From: Candidatus Woesearchaeota archaeon
GTDB taxonomy: Archaea > Nanobdellota > Nanobdellia > Woesearchaeales > JACPIF01
Length of the DNA stretch: 64,000 bases
Direction of reading: 5' to 3'
NCBI GenBank assembly: GCA_016188215.1
Contig: JACPIF010000003.1
Location: forward strand, 35,388 to 99,387
Shown: in pieces, positions 8,481 to 16,878 of the stretch
How positions within the stretch are numbered: the first letter of the stretch is position 1
Layout of the letters: each line of letters begins with the position of its first letter
Notes under the pieces: model-generated
What the model was told of the DNA's origin: nothing
What the model saw: only the letters and a program-made list of their open reading frames with translations
Databases searched by the model: none
Translations under genes and position numbers: made by a program

Positions 8481-10643
8481 TCACCTATAAGTCGGCTCAA
8501 TGCTTGCCCTGAACTGGGCTGCGAGGATCTCTGATTTCCCAACCTGGCTGATATCTTCAACGTCTAATGAGTCAAATGATGCGCTGTCCGGGCTGCTTAC
8601 AGCATAAAATATAATCTGCTGCGCCCTGTCAAGGTCAGCCTGGCTCAGTACCAATTCCAGGGTTGTTGATCCTTCGTTAAACACTCCGGTAAGCGGGTCA
8701 ATGTGCACTTTCTGCCCAGCAACAATCTTGTCCTTGAACTCCACATAAGTCCTGCCTTGTGCATCCGGCAGGCCATAATAAAGCTCAATGCTCACCGTAT
8801 ACTTGCCCGGCACCAATCCAGGGAGGACCTCTACGCTGCTCTCATTTCCATAATAGATTACCGTTGCAAACAGGTCAGGCTCTGCCTCAGCCTCCTTTAT
8901 CTTCTGGATACTAACAACTGCGTATTCATTCTTCAATAATGGAGCGGGTGATGCATCAAAGTTCCAGGTGCCTCCTGATTTAATGTTCCGCTTCTTCATT
9001 ACCGCGATATTCTTTGCCCTGTACGGCTCAACTGATACAGAGACCTTTCCGTTGTTACATACCACATTCTTCTGCCTGCACATTGCATGGTTCTCAGGAA
9101 GATCGCACCGCACGCTAAGGCTCTGCGGGGAGCTGAACACCTCATGGCCTGAGACTGTAAGCGTGCATCCGCTGCCCACGCATTGCGGCAGGCTGACTTT
9201 GCCTGCGCTTATCCTTCCCACAGAGCAGGCCTCTCCTTCATGCCCATAGGCAATCTCTGCATCCTGTGACAGGTTGCCCGAGCTTGTCGCTATGCTTACA
9301 TTAGCGCAGAACAGCCTTGGATCGCAGAGCAGCGTCCCTGTTGGCGGCAATGTTGCCGGCAGCCCAGTGCCTGTGCAGTTCAATGGCTTGTTGCCCCGTA
9401 CATTTGATTCAAGGTTGAACATGAAATGGTAGCCGCGATTATTCAGTGCAGCAGGATCATAAATATCAATCCTGACAGGATATGAGACATCATAGTAGAA
9501 ATTATAGCGCTGCAGGCCCAGCCAGCTGAAGAGTCCTGTTATGCCCGCTGTCTCCGGCCCGATGAAGTCGCCTCTCACTCCCCTGCCTTTTATGTCAAAA
9601 TAAATGGGCCACCAGCTGAGGTATTCAAAAGTCACCTTCAAGTCTGCATATGTTTCATTTACAGGAACCGTAGCCTTCTGGTAATAGCCTCCTCTTTCAT
9701 CATAGTTGCTTGTCCTCCACACCTGCAGGAATTGGGTATAATAAGGCAATATTGAAAACTGCATGAGGTTCTTTGCATCAGACTTCTGCCAGTACTCCGG
9801 CTTCTTGCTAGGGTCAAAAACACTGGCAGCAGTCGGCGGCAATGCTTCTGCATCAGGCCCCAACCCGAATGCAGTGACCTGCTCAAGTGTCCATCTCTCA
9901 AGGAACGGGTATTTTATCTCGGTATTGGTTATTTTTGAGGCAAACTCGTACAGCCTTGCAATCGGCACATTGACAGAAGCAGTGAACTGTTTCATGGATA
10001 TCTCAGAATTCTCAAGCACTACGCTTATCGGGTAATTGAGGATTACAGAAACTCCGTCACCGGCAACAATTACATTGCTCGTTGCAGGCCCAAGCTCCTG
10101 GACCACAAATCCGTCCTGTTTAAGGCTCCTGAACCCCTGCAGGCAATTCCCCAGATTTTCATTGATATAGCGGCCGAGCTGCCCTTCAATGCTTGGCTCT
10201 CCCTGGTTTTTCCTGAGGTTGGGCCGTTCTGAGCCGCATTGGCAGTTTTTAGTGCACAGGTTATTGCTCTTGAAATGCCACCAGTATGCGATGGCTGTAT
10301 CCTCATTGCTGGGATCAAATCGCACAGCCCTGCCTTCTGTGGGCTCTGCAGGATCTGATGCTATCCCATACCTTCTGGGCTCTATATATCCGCCTGTCTG
10401 GCCGATCCGTACAAGTCCTTCTTCAGCAACTTTTGCAGCGCAATTCTCAACAAATACCTGCACTGCGTTGAACTGGCTTGGAATCTCCTGCTGCTCTTCA
10501 ATCTGCCCTTCGGGCAATGACAATCTTTCCGTGCTGACAATGTAGAGCGTTACACCGCCCAGTAGCAGGATGCCGAGAATTATAAATAAGGTAGTTTGAG
10601 CCCTAGTACTAGCTAAAACCCTACACCCTCTTTTGCATACCAT
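8481..10643 (-). CDS. membrane-anchored large extracellular protein (720 aa), paralog of 12093..14372
   Basis: One N-terminal TM helix (LFIILGILLLGGVTLYIV); a shared 'IAYWWH...NLC' region with 12093..14372 ('IVYWWY...NLC'); Cys-rich. Confidence 0.85.
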   Translation of the reverse strand: MVCKRGCRVLASTRAQTTLFIILGILLLGGVTLYIVSTERLSLPEGQIEEQQEIPSQFNAVQVFVENCAAKVAEEGLVRIGQTGGYIEPRRYGIASDPAEPTEGRAVRFDPSNEDTAIAYWWHFKSNNLCTKNCQCGSERPNLRKNQGEPSIEGQLGRYINENLGNCLQGFRSLKQDGFVVQELGPATSNVIVAGDGVSVILNYPISVVLENSEISMKQFTASVNVPIARLYEFASKITNTEIKYPFLERWTLEQVTAFGLGPDAEALPPTAASVFDPSKKPEYWQKSDAKNLMQFSILPYYTQFLQVWRTSNYDERGGYYQKATVPVNETYADLKVTFEYLSWWPIYFDIKGRGVRGDFIGPETAGITGLFSWLGLQRYNFYYDVSYPVRIDIYDPAALNNRGYHFMFNLESNVRGNKPLNCTGTGLPATLPPTGTLLCDPRLFCANVSIATSSGNLSQDAEIAYGHEGEACSVGRISAGKVSLPQCVGSGCTLTVSGHEVFSSPQSLSVRCDLPENHAMCRQKNVVCNNGKVSVSVEPYRAKNIAVMKKRNIKSGGTWNFDASPAPLLKNEYAVVSIQKIKEAEAEPDLFATVIYYGNESSVEVLPGLVPGKYTVSIELYYGLPDAQGRTYVEFKDKIVAGQKVHIDPLTGVFNEGSTTLELVLSQADLDRAQQIIFYAVSSPDSASFDSLDVEDISQVGKSEILAAQFRASIEPTYR

Positions 10644-10733
10644 TTATAGGCCATAACCCGCCTTTTCTATATATAAAGGTTTCTGGTAGAGCTTTGTATA
10701 GTCTTGAAACCATAAAGAACCACTAAAACCCTG

Positions 10734-10878
10734 CAACTGGCTGCGCCACGCCACCCAGCTGCCCAGTCAGCTGGCACCTGAGGCGACCTCGCTTTTGCTC
10801 GGTCACCAGGTCCGTGATTGTGGATGTGCTCGCAGTTCGCGGACCCCGCACAGTCCAGTTGAGCTAGAGCTCAACTGG
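10734..10878. repeat. modular intergenic hairpin repeat, copy G (divergent core variant)
   Basis: 'gtccgtgatt...gttcgcggac' core variant, followed by 'cacagtccagttgagctagagctcaactgg' (compare 38917 'cacagtccagctctgctttagctgagctgg'). 'ggcgacctcgc..ggtcaccagg' recurs inverted at 59240-59290. Confidence 0.55.
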
Positions 10879-10943
10879 TTCCTGCTCATTTGTAGTAGAT
10901 AATCAAAATCAAAATTTTCCAACATGGGAAAGTAGCTACGAAG

Positions 10944-10952
10944 CTTTATATA
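10944..10952 (+). promoter_or_regulatory. TATA box for the 10976 gene
   Basis: 'ctttatata' centred about 28 bp upstream of the ATG. Confidence 0.5.
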
Positions 10953-10975
10953 CCTGCAATTCAGGAAATCTGCTA

Positions 10976-12100
10976 ATGCCGGATCCACGATTAACTGCAT
11001 ATATTCAGGCGCAGCTGCAGAAGGGAATTCCTCTCCAGGCTGTCCGTGATGGGCTGATTAAATATGGCTACCAGCCGCAGCAGGTTGATGAGGCATTCGC
11101 AGCCTTGCACCAGACTGTGAAGCATGAGCACAGCATATCAGCCGGGACACTGCTCAGTATCGCTGCAGTCCTTCTTGGAATTATCCTAGTCACTTTTGCA
11201 TTTTTCTACATGAATCCCTTCACTCAGAAGCAGGAGCAGCTTTTGGACATTAATCTGGAAGAGATTATCACTGAAGCCAAACCAGGAGAAACAATAACAT
11301 TCCTTAAGGAAATCTCAAATCTCGGCTCAGACAAGAGGTATGATATTACAGTTAAGCATGAGCTTCTGGATACGAGCGGCAATTTGGCTTATTCAAAGGA
11401 GGAAACCCTGGCAGTAGAGACCAAAAGCTCAACCCAGACAAAATTAAAGCTTCCTGCAACTATCAACGCATCATGCCAAGAGCTTACTGACGCCTGTCCT
11501 GCTTCATGTGACGATGAAAATCCCTGCACTGCTGACAGCTGCAGTCCTGCTACAGGCTTCCAGTGCGCTCATGAGCTGATTGCATTCTGCTGCGGCAACA
11601 ATGAATGTGAGGCAGATGAGACTTCAGCGACTTGCGCTACAGACTGCCTGGCATCAGAGCCCGATATCTCAATATTTGACCGTCTTGAAGACATAAAAAG
11701 TCTTGCAGCTTCCAACCCTGACAAGGCAAGCTCCCTGTGCGCCGGCATTGAGAGCAATACATACAGGGATGACTGCTACGGAAATGTAGGGAAAGTAAGC
11801 CGCGATCTGCGATTCTGCAGCCTCGTCAAGAGCGACCGCACCAAAGACGACTGTGTTTCAGAAATTGCCAAATCAAGCGGCAGCAGCAGCTTATGCCAGC
11901 AGATAACCCTTGACACAAGGCGTGATGCCTGCTACATGAACTTTGTCCTTACCGGGGACTACAGCGTCTGCGAAAGCATAGTTGATAATTATCTCAAGGA
12001 TTCCTGCAATGCGTTGAAGCAGAACGCTGAATTTCAGGCACATAGCCAGGCACAGCCTCAGGCCGAGCAGGCGACTGAAGAAAGCCAAACTCCTAGCTAA
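10976..12100 (+). CDS. single-pass membrane protein with a Cys-rich extracellular domain (374 aa)
   Basis: TM helix (LLSIAAVLLGIILVTFAFF), then repeated C-x-x-C/CC motifs (CPASCDDENPCTADSC...FCCGNNECEAD). Confidence 0.75.
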   Translation: MPDPRLTAYIQAQLQKGIPLQAVRDGLIKYGYQPQQVDEAFAALHQTVKHEHSISAGTLLSIAAVLLGIILVTFAFFYMNPFTQKQEQLLDINLEEIITEAKPGETITFLKEISNLGSDKRYDITVKHELLDTSGNLAYSKEETLAVETKSSTQTKLKLPATINASCQELTDACPASCDDENPCTADSCSPATGFQCAHELIAFCCGNNECEADETSATCATDCLASEPDISIFDRLEDIKSLAASNPDKASSLCAGIESNTYRDDCYGNVGKVSRDLRFCSLVKSDRTKDDCVSEIAKSSGSSSLCQQITLDTRRDACYMNFVLTGDYSVCESIVDNYLKDSCNALKQNAEFQAHSQAQPQAEQATEESQTPS

Positions 12101-14372
12101 ACACTGGTTCAAGCTGCGCTCTATAGCTTCTCGTAATGTTGGTGATGTCCCCGCCCCTTGCCACGTCATCAAACTTGCTTGGGTTGAATACCTTGTACAC
12201 ATAGAATGTTACCGCTTTGCCGGCATCAAGCGCATTCCTTGGCACGCTCCAATAGCCTGTTTCACTGCTCATTTCAACCCCTCCCACGATAACTGGCTTG
12301 ATAGTTACACTAGGTATGCTGCCTCCTGCAATCCCCGCGCCGCCGGTGGTATCAGTTGATATTACCGTGCCGTCCAGATTCTGGAGGACAGCCCTAACTT
12401 CATAAGTTCCGGGAGCCAGCCTGATTGTCTGCTTTGGATTTTTGGCATCCATTACAAGTGAGCTTGCAATACTGTCATCTTCACCACTCTGCCGCACCCT
12501 GCTTACTGTCAGGGTAACCTGCTCATTTCCAAGCAGTGATCGTGCAGCCTCCCTGAAATTACCTTGAGCCAATCCATTGATATCTGATGCAAGTATCTTT
12601 ACTTCCTTCTCTACAATGGTATCCAGTAACGTATTTACTGCTTTTGTTTCATCCGGCCTGCTCTCAAGCATCACTGTCCTTGCGATTACACCATCTTTCT
12701 CAAGCTTGAGTATTCCCTGCCCAATGCAGACCGGTAGTTTTCCTGCAAATTTCCCATCCGCGTCAGTAGAACCAATAGTGCAGCTCCTGTAATTCCCGCA
12801 GGTGTAGGTTATTGAAACGTCTGGGATAGGATTCTGTTTTGCATCCGAAAGTGCAAGCGTAAGGTTTGCCCCTATCCTTTGGTTTGCATTGCAGAGCAAG
12901 GTCTCAGGAATCCTCGGCCTTGACGTCTTTGCCGTGCTGGTTGTGCACGCGAAATTACAGGTTATGTTGTCTGCATACGACTTGCCGTTCAGCGGGCAGC
13001 TCCATGCAGCTCCTGATTGGGTACATCTGCCTAATGAAGGCTCAGAGCTTTTGAAGGTGACAGAAACCGAGTTAGGATCATAATACCCAAGAGTACCCCT
13101 TCCCTGGTTCCATTCGTGCAGGTCCTTGTTATCCCGTATATTTGCTTCAAGTGCAAACATAAAGGTATACCCATGCTCAGCTTCCGAGAGCAACGAAGCC
13201 TCGTCCCTGATGACGGCAATGACTGGATATGATATGTCATAAAAGAACTCGTAGTAGTTTGTCTGCTCAGGCGGCGCGAAGTTTGAGGGGAATGACTGTC
13301 TTATCACTCTTGGCTGTATTGTGCTTCCGCTCCTTGGCGTTATGTCAAAAAATATCTTCCAGCCGGGGTCATAAAGGAAGCGCATGCTGAGGCTTGGATA
13401 CTCAAAGGGCAGGTATGAAAGGTACAGGCTCTTGTAGAATCCCTGCACCACGCTGCCTGAAGCCTCAATCGGCTTTGCATCCTTTGTCTTGTCAACCTGG
13501 ATGATGTTTATGTTGGGCGCCAGAATCTCATTCCTGATCCTATCCTCAACTTTATCCTTAGGCCATGTCGCAAAAGTTTTCCTGCTGTCAATCCAGCTGA
13601 TTGGCGGTATCTTGTCTGCATCCGGTGCAGAATATACGCTGAACAATCCTAAGGTGATGTCCTCAAGGCTTAGATTATTGATCTCCTCAATCATGGTGAG
13701 CACTGCAACGTCATACACATGCTGGAAATCAAGGTCAAGGTTAATGCTGAAATCTGACATCTCGTACAGCGCATTCTCCTTTCTGATAGTGAGCGGATAC
13801 CTCACTCCAATGCTCACATCATCCCGGTTCACCCTTGCTGTTGCCCCGGGCTTGCCTTCCTGTATCTCAAATCCGGCCTCCTTGAATGAGGCAAACCTAT
13901 CGGTGCATTCCTGCAGGTTCCTGTTGACGTACACATCAACCTGCCTTTGGATATGCTCAATAGAAGGCATTAGGCTTGAGACCCTGCACTCACTGCACAG
14001 ATTGTCAGTCTGTAGGTACCACCAGTACACAATAGGGGTCGTATCTGCTAAAAATGCAGCGTCGCTTTCAGTCGGGCTATTCCTGTCAAGATTAAATGAG
14101 AATCCTGAAAGCTGCGCATCATACGGGTCTATATAGCCTCCATGCGCCCCAAGCTTCTTGAATGCCTCAATGCTTTTGGCCTTGATGCAGGAATCAACAT
14201 ACTCCTTGACCGGCTTGACCCACTCAGGCATTTCAAGCGCCATCACTGCCTCAATATCCTTCTCTTTTATTGTTGCATTGTAGTAGACAATGGTTACAGC
14301 TGCTGCTGCAAGGAACAGGATTCCGAGTATAATAAATACAGCAAGCTGTGATTTCTTGCTTTGAAATATCAT
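12093..14372 (-). CDS. membrane-anchored large extracellular protein (about 759 aa), paralog of 8481..10643
   Basis: Paralogy to 8481..10643. The start is assigned to the Met (MIFQSKKSQLAVFIILGILF...) immediately before the TM helix, as in the paralog. The ORF-track extension to 14672 runs through an intergenic repeat and is rejected. Confidence 0.8.
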   Translation of the reverse strand: MIFQSKKSQLAVFIILGILFLAAAAVTIVYYNATIKEKDIEAVMALEMPEWVKPVKEYVDSCIKAKSIEAFKKLGAHGGYIDPYDAQLSGFSFNLDRNSPTESDAAFLADTTPIVYWWYLQTDNLCSECRVSSLMPSIEHIQRQVDVYVNRNLQECTDRFASFKEAGFEIQEGKPGATARVNRDDVSIGVRYPLTIRKENALYEMSDFSINLDLDFQHVYDVAVLTMIEEINNLSLEDITLGLFSVYSAPDADKIPPISWIDSRKTFATWPKDKVEDRIRNEILAPNINIIQVDKTKDAKPIEASGSVVQGFYKSLYLSYLPFEYPSLSMRFLYDPGWKIFFDITPRSGSTIQPRVIRQSFPSNFAPPEQTNYYEFFYDISYPVIAVIRDEASLLSEAEHGYTFMFALEANIRDNKDLHEWNQGRGTLGYYDPNSVSVTFKSSEPSLGRCTQSGAAWSCPLNGKSYADNITCNFACTTSTAKTSRPRIPETLLCNANQRIGANLTLALSDAKQNPIPDVSITYTCGNYRSCTIGSTDADGKFAGKLPVCIGQGILKLEKDGVIARTVMLESRPDETKAVNTLLDTIVEKEVKILASDINGLAQGNFREAARSLLGNEQVTLTVSRVRQSGEDDSIASSLVMDAKNPKQTIRLAPGTYEVRAVLQNLDGTVISTDTTGGAGIAGGSIPSVTIKPVIVGGVEMSSETGYWSVPRNALDAGKAVTFYVYKVFNPSKFDDVARGGDITNITRSYRAQLEPVFS

Positions 14373-14394
14373 ATTTGAACGAGCCTTTCCTATT

Positions 14395-14600
14395 TTGGAA
14401 CTGGTCAAGCTGGGTAAACATTTCGAAAACCATGGTTTTCGGATGTCTCGAAACTTTGTTTCGAAACATGTCCGCGATTCAAGCTGTAAAGCCTTCTGTT
14501 CGCGGACCAACGTCACCACGGAGCGAAGCCAGAGGAACTTTAGTTCCTTGGCCAAGAAAATGCTATGCATTTTCTTTGGCTTTAGCTGAGCGACCACTTT
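14395..14600. repeat. modular intergenic hairpin repeat, copy B
   Basis: Hairpin tcgaaac-ttt-gtttcga; core 'gtccgcgattcaagctgtaaagccttctgttcgcggac' (a ccc/ggg to cgc/gcg compensatory variant of the 38876 and 45157 core); hairpin ccagaggaac-tttag-ttccttgg; hairpin gaaaatgc-tat-gcattttc. Confidence 0.75.
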
Positions 14601-14631
14601 GCTCATTTTTCCAATTTTAATACTCTTTATT

Positions 14632-15519
14632 TTATCCATGGTGTGAGTCTTTGAATTTCCTATAAGCCTCATAATAGTAAAACTTGATCCACGCGGTTTC
14701 CATGATGAACAGCAGCAGCAGGATCAAAAGCGCGGCATCCAATGAAAGATAGATTGCAAGCTGCGCCGATATGCTGAAAAGCACTCCTGAAAACAGCACT
14801 ATGATTATCATAAAGAATGTGAAAAAGAATACAGCAGGCATGAACCTGTAAAACCTGAATATAGCTGTGTGCAGCGCATGCTTCGTATTGCCCCAGGCGC
14901 TTCTTGCTTCAGTATAGCTTGCATGCATGACCATCAGCAAATAAAGGAAAGCAATGACCCAGAGCTGTGCAGAAAGTACGTCAAGTGGGCTCCTCAGGAA
15001 ATAGAGGCAGCCAAAAAAGGTAAGTATAGCTGCCCAGAACCACATAAAGTTTATGGCAAGAAATCTCTTGAAGTAAAGCCTTGAAAAATCAGTTCTCTTG
15101 ATTTTTGCCCATGCATACCCCTTAATCAGCGACACTAAAAACACGGCAAAAGTAAACATTACGGCAATTGTCGCTACAGTCTTCCGCAAAAAGCTGCTGA
15201 GCGCAGCTCCCAAAAGATACACGCCATCGTATAATTCACTGATTACCTCAGGCGTAGCCTGAATCCTGGGGTCATTCATGAACTGGAATACCGTAATGGC
15301 CTTTGGCAGCGCTACATTTGCCTGCTCTGCATAGGAATTGAGCAGTTGCTTGAAAATTCCGGCAGTGAGCAGCAGCCCAATAATTAGCAGAATGTCCATG
15401 GCAAGCACAATGAAATACCGCCTGTCAAGGTCAAGGCTTCTCATGAATGCAGTGCTGTAGAACCATGCGATTAGATTGGTTCTTTCCTTCACCTTCCTGG
15501 CTTTCTTATGCGCTGCCAT
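14632..15519 (-). CDS. polytopic membrane protein (295 aa)
   Basis: Six to eight hydrophobic helices; 1-nt overlap with the downstream ORF. Confidence 0.75.
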   Translation of the reverse strand: MAAHKKARKVKERTNLIAWFYSTAFMRSLDLDRRYFIVLAMDILLIIGLLLTAGIFKQLLNSYAEQANVALPKAITVFQFMNDPRIQATPEVISELYDGVYLLGAALSSFLRKTVATIAVMFTFAVFLVSLIKGYAWAKIKRTDFSRLYFKRFLAINFMWFWAAILTFFGCLYFLRSPLDVLSAQLWVIAFLYLLMVMHASYTEARSAWGNTKHALHTAIFRFYRFMPAVFFFTFFMIIIVLFSGVLFSISAQLAIYLSLDAALLILLLLFIMETAWIKFYYYEAYRKFKDSHHG

Positions 15520-16016
15520 TATCCTTCCACCTTGATCACAGGCACTTTAACATATTGGTTGTTTGAATATGTCAGCACGACATGCGTCAGCTGCTCAGTG
15601 ATGTTAAAGTATTTCGCGTAAAATCCGACTCCTGGATTACTATTAGTTGCGGTTGACGCCTCCTGCACGCTCCACGGGCTTATCGGGCTGTTGCCAACAA
15701 GCTCAACCTTGTAGGAGACTGAGCTGGCAGCAGGCTCTATATACCATGTGACTTTGAAAAGCGAGGTATTATCCGGCTGCTCTATCTTCTCACCCTGCAG
15801 TGTCAATGTCAGGACAGAAAGGTAGATTGGCTGCGACAGCTGTGCGCCTGCCTGTGCAGCCTCTGTCCCGCCCCATTTGCTGCAGATGTCCAGCTCCCAC
15901 TGCTCAACCTTATACCAATCATCCATCTTGGGGTTGAACTGCTTGGATTTCGCATAGGCTATAGTTGTAAGCAGAAGGAAAGACAAAAGCAGCACAATAA
16001 TTCTCTTATCAGTCAT
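15519..16016 (-). CDS. small secreted protein (165 aa)
   Basis: N-terminal signal peptide (IIVLLLSFLLLTTIAYA), then a hydrophilic body. Confidence 0.7.
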   Translation of the reverse strand: MTDKRIIVLLLSFLLLTTIAYAKSKQFNPKMDDWYKVEQWELDICSKWGGTEAAQAGAQLSQPIYLSVLTLTLQGEKIEQPDNTSLFKVTWYIEPAASSVSYKVELVGNSPISPWSVQEASTATNSNPGVGFYAKYFNITEQLTHVVLTYSNNQYVKVPVIKVEG

Positions 16017-16044
16017 TAATAATCCCTCCTTTGCATTCCATAAG

Positions 16045-16055
16045 ATTTATAAATA
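16045..16055 (+). promoter_or_regulatory. TATA box for micro-ORF 1
   Basis: 'atttataaata' centred about 26 bp upstream of the 16076 ATG. Confidence 0.45.
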
Positions 16056-16075
16056 ATAAAGTATAGACGATTATT

Positions 16076-16186
16076 ATGGCAAAGAAGTATAAAACTAAGG
16101 AAGAACTGATAGCAGCTATAAATGAAGCTATGAAGGATCCAGAATTTAGGAAAGGTATCCGACAGTTTATTAAGGCTACTACTTGA
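16076..16186 (+). CDS. micro-protein 1 (36 aa, MAKKYKTKEELIAAINEAMKDPEFRKGIRQFIKATT)
   Basis: A tandem paralog of 16254..16361 sharing the 'KDP[ED]FRK..[RA][QR]F[IV]K.TT' motif, with its own TATA box; the minus-strand ORF covering this region has low-complexity, un-protein-like sequence. Confidence 0.5.
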   Translation: MAKKYKTKEELIAAINEAMKDPEFRKGIRQFIKATT

Positions 16187-16221
16187 TATTATGTTCAAAC
16201 CTTCTTTTTCTATTGCGAAAT

Positions 16222-16231
16222 CTTTATATAT
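16222..16231 (+). promoter_or_regulatory. TATA box for micro-ORF 2
   Basis: 'ctttatatat' centred about 27 bp upstream of the 16254 ATG. Confidence 0.45.
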
Positions 16232-16253
16232 CTCTTCTTCTTCAATAGAGATT

Positions 16254-16361
16254 ATGAAATCAAAAAAATATGAAGATTTTTGGGAAAAACTGGAAGAATG
16301 GCAAAAAGATCCAGATTTTAGGAAAGCAGTAGCAAGATTTGTCAAGATAACAACCTCCTGA
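16254..16361 (+). CDS. micro-protein 2 (35 aa, MKSKKYEDFWEKLEEWQKDPDFRKAVARFVKITTS)
   Basis: Paralog of micro-ORF 1 with its own TATA box; its 3' end overlaps the 3' end of the convergent PIN gene by about 20 nt. Confidence 0.5.
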   Translation: MKSKKYEDFWEKLEEWQKDPDFRKAVARFVKITTS

Positions 16362-16878
16362 TTTCTTTTATGAATTTTGTATAGTCCTCAAAATACGGCG
16401 TTCTGATATTATTTAATCCGTTTACTATTTTGTAACTCTTAACTGCTGTTTCGCTTGCCATTGTTTTGTTGTCTTCTGAATAAATTATATCAAAATTCTT
16501 CATGCTCGATCCTGCCACTATAATAAAATCATTCAGAATTTCATGCTCCTTTGAAGAACCTCCTAATTCTTTATATACTTTATAATACTTTCCTGCGAGA
16601 TCTTTCATCTCTTGGTCTATGACAAGTGTATGATTCCCCACCAGCAAATCATAGAAATTAAGTACCGTTAATCTTACCTTTTCATTACCAATAATAGTTT
16701 TGCGTGAAGTCGCTCTTAATTCCTTTCTTATGACGTCAAATCCGTAAATTATAAAATGGCCTTTCAATACGCCTCTATCAACAGCTTCACGTATAACTTT
16801 CTGATGAAATTCCTCTAATATCCTGCCATAAATATTAGTATCAAGAATTACTCTTTTTGCAGGGCTATCTTTACGCAT
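16342..16878 (-). CDS. PIN-domain (VapC-like) protein (178 aa)
   Basis: N-terminal 'RVILDTNIY' carrying the conserved acidic residue of PIN domains, plus a later 'IIYSEDNK'. The gene is AT-rich relative to its neighbours. Its start codon overlaps the stop of the 1765-aa gene by 1 nt (TGATG). Confidence 0.6.
   Translation of the reverse strand: MRKDSPAKRVILDTNIYGRILEEFHQKVIREAVDRGVLKGHFIIYGFDVIRKELRATSRKTIIGNEKVRLTVLNFYDLLVGNHTLVIDQEMKDLAGKYYKVYKELGGSSKEHEILNDFIIVAGSSMKNFDIIYSEDNKTMASETAVKSYKIVNGLNNIRTPYFEDYTKFIKEIRRLLS

Noticed and set aside
10803-11000. 65-aa minus-strand ORF in the divergent promoter region
   Set aside because: It lies entirely within intergenic repeat copy G and the promoter of 10976. 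There is no supporting signal.
14373-14672. N-terminal 100-aa extension of the 12093..14672 ORF
   Set aside because: The extension reads through an intergenic repeat element. The paralog 8481..10643 begins right at the TM helix. The internal Met at 14372 is therefore taken as the start.
16016-16345. 109-aa minus-strand ORF
   Set aside because: Its sequence is low-complexity and un-protein-like (SSSFSQKSSYFFDFIISIEEEE...). It overlaps two plus-strand micro-ORFs that are mutually conserved and carry TATA boxes.
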